A program made the position numbers and the translations under genes. From assembly GCF_964355755.1 (NCBI RefSeq), contig NC_092670.1:7616201-7680200 (forward strand): a DNA stretch of 64,000 nt, written 5' to 3'. A model generated the notes under the pieces. That model was not told the origin of the DNA. It was given only the letters and a program-made list of their open reading frames with translations, and did not search any database. Below, piece after piece: positions 56,762 through 64,000 of the stretch (position 1 is the first letter of the stretch; every line of letters begins with the position of its first letter). Source of the DNA: Antedon mediterranea (lineage: Eukaryota > Animalia > Echinodermata).

Positions 56762-59700
56762 ATTTCCAATGACCATTACAGTAAAATCCGCACACAAATC
56801 AATATATTCATTAGAAGTATACTTTTCAAATTTTTTGAATAACTATTGTTATTGTTTACACCACCAGAGTTTTTTCAGCCATTGTGTTTGGAGGGTTTGC
56901 GTTAGGCCGGGTGTCTTCTCTAGCTCCAGATTATTCTAAAGCCAAGATAGCTACAGCTCAAATGTTCCAACTCATTGACAAAGTGCCAGACATTGATTCA
57001 TAGTACTACTGGAAAAATATTGGTAATTTTAAGCGACTTTTCACAACTCTCTTCTTTGGTCTGCTGTGCCACCCTCTGCCTCCTACCTAAAACAGAATAG
57101 TACTATTGCCTTACTCTAGCCTACCTCTATCTCAGATTTAGTTTAGAGGTAATCTTTTACTTTGAAAGCTAAGATATTCTGTACAGTTGGAGGAAAGTTG
57201 GAGATAAGACTATATTTTTAACAAATATGGTTCATAAAATCTTTATCAGACAGTATAGAATCAACATTTTATTAGTAGTAGATGGCGCTAAATTGTATAG
57301 TGTCGTTTGTACTGTACTGTACTGTACTTTCAGGGTTCATTACATCATAAGTTCATGGGCACATAAACGTAAATGTCCACTTAATCTAAATTTGCTTTTA
57401 TTATCATCAAAAATCTGATGCCTTTATTTTTTTTATTATAATAGGAAAACTTTAAACCTCAAGTTCGTTTCCGCAATGTAAAATTCAACTATCCATCAAG
57501 ACCAGATATTCAGGTTCTTCGGAACCTGTCAGTGGATGTCAGTGAAGGAGAGAAGTTGGCACTGGTTGGCAGCAGTGGATGTGGTAAAAGTACTGCCATC
57601 CAGTTATTGGAGAGATTCTATGATACTCGATCTGGAGAAATTGTAAGTATTTATTCATTTAAAACATCTGAGTGGCAGATTTGAATCTGCATAATTATCT
57701 GATACAAACACAATTATTGTAAGGACATTTTCTTATGTTGCGTAGGTTGCATTACATTGCGTCGCTAGTGGGAACCAAGCTTTAGTAAATCAGTAAATAA
57801 AAAATATTTCAGAGCAAGGCAAAACATCTGCCAATTACTTACTTTCTGACATAAAGCTACTCAACAGAATAATCATCTGATAAAAAACAAGTCAAAAAGT
57901 TAAATCATATGTCTTTCAATTCTTTTAGCTTCTAGACAACTTTGAGATAAAATTATTGAATGTCAAATGGTTGCGGTCTCAAATTGGTCTTGTGTCTCAA
58001 GAACCAACCTTGTTTGATTTGACGATTGCTGAAAACATTGCTTATGGTGATAATGGCCGACAAGTCAGTTTGGATGAGATTATGGACGCGGCGCAACAAG
58101 CCAATATTCACAAGTTTATAACGTCACTTCCAGAGGTACATCATATAATGATTACTAATACTAGCAATGCACCTTATTTTTTTCTTTTATTTGATGTATT
58201 TAGGCTCATGTGGCCAAGGATTACCAATAGTAAATTAATCACTGTCCTATTAGATAGGTGGTAATGAATTCAAATTTCTTTCACCTATCTTAAATTGTAT
58301 CTAGATTTAGCCGTTTTTGGAAAAAGATGATCTAGTCTATGAGAAGGGTCTTTGAGTTTCTGGAAGTATCCTAGCACAGTCTAGTTTGGCGTTCACATGC
58401 ATAGGCACAGTACACTGTGTTGTAACTGGGAAACATGATTCTATAATTGCCCTTACTTTCATTTTAACTGTAGGGCTATGATACAAGAGTTGGAGATAAG
58501 GGCACCCAGTTGTCTGGAGGTCAGAAAGAACGAGTAGCGATTGCACGTGCTCTGGTACGCAATCCGAAGATTCTTTTATTAGATGAAGCGACATCAGCAT
58601 TAGATACAGAAAGTGAAATGGTAATAGTGCATTTACATGTACAGTATTTCTGATAGACATCATTTATTATTGTATTCAATTATTCTGAGATAGGCAGACA
58701 CAACGCAAAACAACTTTTGTGGAAATAATGGCATCTTGGTTACGCTTAACCTACAGTAGCTGTCTTGGATATTTTCAATTCAATTCAATTCAACTTAATA
58801 TTTATTTCTTCCTTCAAGAAAATGAGGTAAACATAACAAATTCCATAAAAAAAATATAACAAGTCAATTGATGATAAAAAAAATAAAGTATACAGATATC
58901 AATAAAAGGAAGTAGGCAGTGCCCAAGAAGATACAAATCTTGTGGCGGGCCAGCCTATTTACAGACACAGGTAATACGGACAAAAATTTAAAAAAAATAG
59001 GATTCAAAATACAGGACGTAAGGACAGGGACATAACATGATAGATGATAGATATGAGAACATTATAATACTTACAATTTATGACATTGTTTTTGTTAGAA
59101 TGAAAAACAAACAGTTTTTTTTCCCAACACAACATGCTTAAACTCAAACTGCTTCATAGAGACACTTTTTTTTAACTCACTCCCTCTTGTGAATCATGCA
59201 CTCTTGCAGTATAAAAAGTAAAAATATCATAAAATAATTATATACCTTTATGTTGTCATAATGTGGAATAATTGTACATCGTTACAATTATGTGTAACTT
59301 TCTGGCAGGAATTATGCTGAATTTTAATATCAACTTTTTTTTTACTTTCGTTAGGTTGTACAAGATGCTCTGGATAAAGCTAAGAAAGGTAGAACATGTA
59401 TAGCCATAGCGCACAGACTCTCCACAATACAGGATGCAGACAAGATAGTGGTTATCAAGGCTGGCCATGTCTCAGAATCTGGTACTCACCAAGAACTCTT
59501 AGAGCAACAGGAATTCTACCATATGCTTTTTACCGCACAGGATCTGCAACACTGAATGGAATTGGATGGTTACTTTAATTAATGTGTTTCTGCTGAAAAT
59601 TTAACAGGTTTTAGTTAAAGACCATGTAGCAGATTATTTTTTACTAAAAATAAACCAATTGTTTGTATCAGTTGTCTGTGGTTGGTTGTGTAATGACATC

Positions 59701-61595
59701 ATTATTATCCATAGAGACACATCCACATCAACCATGGAAACTGTTTTTTTACAATTCAAAACAATCAGTTTGGTTTTTAAAACCATTGTTTTTATTACTA
59801 GGGCTATTTCTCCCAGACAAAAAAAGCTAGCAAAAACAGTCCTTACACTCCATATGAACTTATTTATGACATTAATTTTTACCATTTTTTGGTGATCAGT
59901 TAGGGGAAAGTTGGCCAACAGAAATGGAGAAACCTGGTACAAAGAGTAAGCAAGGCAGCCCAGGCGGAGAAATCAGTAGATTACTCGCCGAAGGGGCACT
60001 AAATAAATAAATAAATAATAGTTAGGGGAAAAATGGCAAAATCAGCACTGATCATTAAGGTATTATAGGAATTTGGGAGTTGCCTAAACAATGGAGACTA
60101 TCTTGCATCTTGGGACCTCTAAAGGTTGGTATTCATATTATCACATTGAACATTCCTATATTAAACAAATGATTACAATGACTAAAGAATTTTTCAGCTG
60201 AAAAATAACCACATAAACACCTAGAAAGTAGGAAGCCTTTTGCCATTTTTCCCGGACTTTCATGATTTTGGATATCTCTTTGCAATATCTAATTTTTATG
60301 TGAAGGTTTAGCTCTATTTAAACTCATTCCTGAGATTATTATTTAAACTTTTTCCGTCAATTTAATTATCATTCCAATACCTTAATCCTTACGCAGAATA
60401 ACTTTGATAGACGATAAATGGTGTGTTTAGGTGGTGTTTATTCTAAGAGTTAGCAGTAGAATAATATTGCAAATATACATATTTTATTTTAAAATAAAGT
60501 TATTGATATTTTATAAAATTGTATATATATGATATATATTTATAATATAAACTAACCGAAGGTTTGTACATTTTTATCGTATTTTTATATAGTTTTTATT
60601 AATTTGGGTTTTTATTTATCAAATCATACCAGTTTTTTTTTATCTTTAGAATTTATGAACATTAATAGCACAACTTACTAAAGTTATTTTCAAAACTTAA
60701 GCAAAACTGTGGACTTAAAAGAAGCTTTAAGATGATTTTTTAAATAAATCTTATTCAATGTAAATACATGTTATTGAATTTCATTTGTTCATAGCAAAAA
60801 TGTATAACTTACATCGCCAAAGCATAAAGAAAGGAACTGTTGACATGGTTACATTTACGTTCGTGCTCCCATAAAAATAATTTATTTATACTTTACTTTT
60901 ATTTATTTTTACTTTGCAATAGGCCTAGCTGCAATACAGCAGATTTATCTTCTTTTTACTTTCACGATTGCTGCTTTTTGACTTGTGACATATGGAAATA
61001 GTAATGTGATAAATTATGCCTATGGGCATAATTTATTTTAAAAGAAGATTTATTAGAAGTTCTAACTTATCGAAATACTCAATCGTAACCATTTGAATGA
61101 AACACATCTGCATTATATTATCAACATTAACTTTATTCAAACAATTACAAAAATGTAATGCATATAAACGTGTGCAAAAACTATATTGTTTACATTGATT
61201 GACACCACGAAATTTAATGACTTTAAATGCGTCAACTTTGTGTTTCATCCATGTTTCACTAAGAAAAAAACAATTTATATTTTCTTCAAATCATAACGTC
61301 TTTCCTCATGCCTTTATTATAAATCCATTTCAAACCTTTCAAATATATTAATATCTATGTTTTTTATTTCTTTAATTGTTTTTTTACAAATTGTGACCGT
61401 TTATGTATATCGGAATAAATAATAAATATAGGTGAGAGCTACATTCTGCAGGCAGTGCCGTTCAACTCATTTTATGATTTTCCTTCCGTAAAACAGAACT
61501 TGTAGCTTCACGTATGCATGTCTTCTGTTGCAATCCATTGAGAAATATTAATAATTGTTATAGTTAAACTTGTAACAATCTTAAATTAGGTGTAC

Positions 61596-62230
61596 TGTCA
61601 GTAACACCGCGAAAAGGCACATGTTGACTTTATCGTTTGAACACGCGCGTACAAAGGGCATTTATCATCACCATTTGAACACGCGCTACAAACTATTGCC
61701 GTCTCTAGTAATTTTGAAGTACAGTATCATAATAGCTATTAACTATCACCAAAAATTTATCGCAAAAAAAAATAATTTAACTGAAATACAGACGTTTTTT
61801 TGTTTAAAAAATAACTTTGACTTCCAGTCAAAGTTTTCGATCAAAACATATCCCATAATGAAATGTGCTTGTTTGGCTGCTCTGTATGCATAATCATAAA
61901 ACTTCCTCACGATCTGTGTGAAAATACCTCCTCAACCGTGACGAGTTGTAAACAATTGTAATTAGCATATGCATAATGCGTACTCGTGGTTTGAAATCTT
62001 TGTTTACTTTCGCTCGCGACGATTTTCCAGAAGAAATGTAAACAAACTAATTTACCTATTAATTACGTAAACTTGTTGCTTTTGGCTTGAATTTTCGACT
62101 TAAAGTGAATAACTTTAATATTACTTTGATATGGCCAATTTAAATTTATAATATTTTTACCTTCATTTTTTTGTGTTTCAAGGGACAATACATCTTTAAA
62201 CACGCGCGTCTCTTCGTGATGTCACCGACA
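61596..62230. mobile_element. Possible old MITE (CpG-rich, imperfect TIRs)
   Basis: TGTCAGTAACACCGCGAAAA vs the reverse complement of TCTTCGTGATGTCACCGACA differ only by transitions (5 of 20). No TSD seen. Confidence 0.35.
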
Positions 62231-62392
62231 TGTTAAGTTGCATTATAGTATTAGGCCTACTATTAATATTTTCATAAAGTAATTCTTGTATTAGGCTTTT
62301 TAATAATGGTATAAATGTTTATTTACATTTGGTGGCAAGATAAATGCACTGGTAACAAATGGATAATAGATAATTAAACAAATGCATGTAGT

Positions 62393-64000
62393 TTAAATGC
62401 TTATGTCATTAGGAATGTTATCTGGGTGAAAGCGAACATAGGGATATGTCCTCACACGGTTTTTCACGTTGATCTCTTTCCCGATCTCATTAAGTGTCCG
62501 CTTAAAACTGAAAAAAAGAAACGTGGAATTTGAGCATTAATTCACACTGTATTCATTTTGCTAGGCCTACTTTAGATGGTAATAACAAGTGACGGGCACA
62601 GTACTTACGTCCTTAGCGCATTGACGCTAGTCTGGTCATACAGAAACTGCGTTTCATATTCGCCTAAACTTTCAGTGTTTTTAGTACTCAAAAGTTTCGA
62701 CAAGGTCATGGAACTCAACATTGTGTCTTTAGTTGGAAGAGCGGCCATCACATCCTGTTCTGTATATTCTTTCTATAAAATAACAAAAACAAGAGCAATT
62801 GTAATTTATTAGTTTCGACATTCTATTCATTCGTCAACCGAAAGAATAATAGCACCTTTTTTTGTTATCTTTGTCTAAATTACCGAAAGCAAAACCAAAC
62901 TAAAAAAATAGTAGGCCTACGTTTAAACGTTTTTTTCCCCACTAAATTTGGTTAAAATAACCTACTGCCTGTAAATCCACCATTTATATAATAATTACTA
63001 ATGTACATCGTGGTGAGAGCCTCTAACAATCTTTTTTGCTATATGTCTTTATCAGCGTTGTTCTAGAAAGAACTTTACTATCAATGGCTACCCAACTATT
63101 CACTGTGTTTATTACAATTATTTAATCAAAATCTGTTTTTGTATTGGAAGCATCAGCGACAGACATTTGCAAGATTTAGTTTGGAAAGTTTGACGAAGGA
63201 GATTCGTACAAATAATCATAGTAGGTCTAAAGCGTGGTTCCCACTAGCGACGCAAAGTAACGCAACGCAGCGACGTTTTTGCTGTATTTTGTATTCACGG
63301 AACGTGAAAAGTGGGAACCGACGACGCAACAGTGCTGCCATTTTTACGTTGCGTTACGTTGCTTCGTTAGTGGGAACCAAGCTTAAGACACCGTTCCAAG
63401 TTCATCGGGACAGTACTTGGTCAATTTAACACTAGTCCTTCGTCTAATTTCTCGAATGAAAGCAATTACTATTTACCTCTTTTGAATTCGGTGGCTTTCC
63501 TCGTAATAATGCTGGGTAGTTTGGTGGGAAGCCATATTGGTCGTACTGGCCAAAGTTGGTAGATGCGTGACCACCGCTAGCCGTGAAGATTATCATAGTG
63601 AATATATCTACGATCTGATCTGTTGTAGTAATACCATCTTCAACGCCAGGTACATCCTGTGAAAGGGTACAGTACAGAAACTATTAACGGTAGCCTACAT
63701 TCTAGGTAATAATTCGTAAAGAAAAACAAATGTTGCATAAATGACGTGTTACGTAAGCTCAGTAAGTACAAGATTAAACGTGGTAAGAACGACTTTAAAA
63801 GCAGACAAATGTAATTCTTTTTTAAACGCAAACATTATTTCACATTTTGGAGTTTCATTTTTTAAACCGTTGTTTCCAGGATATTGCCAGTGGACTAACA
63901 GAGTTCGAGGGGTGTGGCCGCGGGGACCAAGCAGCTCTATTTTATTGATGTCAAAACGGCATCTGCCACTAACCTGAAAACCGCAGCCTCCATTCTCGAT
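62393..64000 (-). CDS. Lipoxygenase (invertebrate AOS-LOX-like LOX domain), last four exons; gene continues beyond the window
   Basis: Exons >64000-63974, 63656-63477, 62772-62609, 62507-62393 splice in frame: IENGGCGFQ|DVPG...IIFTASGGHASTNFGQYDQYGFPPNYP...|KEYTEQDVMAALP...LGEY...|FKRTLNEIGKEINVKN...HPDNIPNDISI*. HxxxN iron-ligand motif and C-terminal Ile are LOX hallmarks. Not in the ORF track. Confidence 0.92.
63231..63383. mobile_element. PIF/Harbinger-type MITE, 153 bp, in a lipoxygenase intron
   Basis: TIRs AGCGTGGTTCCCACTAGCGA / TCGTTAGTGGGAACCAAGCT with TAA on both sides. Half copies at ~2552-2587, ~27789-27823 and ~57747-57781. Confidence 0.85.

Larger units (their letters stand above)
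31818..59555 (+). pseudogene. ABCB1-like copy C: 5'-truncated duplicate, disabled and interrupted by an LTR element
   Basis: Exons 31818-31943, 32426-32629, 33115-33262, 34080-34291, 43591-43742, 44390-44548, 44817-44918, 46014-46091, 46536-46619, 47167-47370, 47801-47898, 48357-48482, 56868-57022, 57445-57642, 57929-58135, 58474-58620, 59355-59555. Same Walker B and RLGAD deletions as B, plus 2-nt frameshifts giving TAG at 34221 and 57001, a 3-nt deletion in exon 47801-47898, and signature LSGGQKER. Confidence 0.9.

Overview
AT-rich, intron-containing animal DNA, probably a marine invertebrate deuterostome such as an echinoderm (inference from the Deu-like SINE and gene style). It is not prokaryotic. 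Most of the window is a tandem array of an ABCB1/P-glycoprotein-like gene on the + strand. Copy A (1-4401) is the intact-looking 3' end of a gene that starts upstream of the window. Copies B (~6410-31634) and C (~31635-61558) are 5'-truncated duplicates that start just before NBD1 and are pseudogenised: both share a 23-bp Walker B deletion and carry private stops or frameshifts. The main surprise lies in the large intron after NBD1, where B and C each hide an antisense multi-exon gene with an intact spliced ORF (231 and 205 aa) that I do not recognise. It is built from PNE-linker plus hydrophobic-helix modules. Its exons have diverged far more than the neighbouring introns, and its frame survived exon loss, exon triplication and intron loss. 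Copy C also holds an 8.1-kb Ty3/Gypsy element with a transcript-like R-U5...U3-R end structure, no TSD, an HHDD RT motif and a palindromic stop insertion. The right end carries the last four exons of a convergent lipoxygenase gene. LINE, DNA-transposon, MITE, SINE, tRNA-like and minisatellite sequences fill the introns. All alignments and identities were done by eye.
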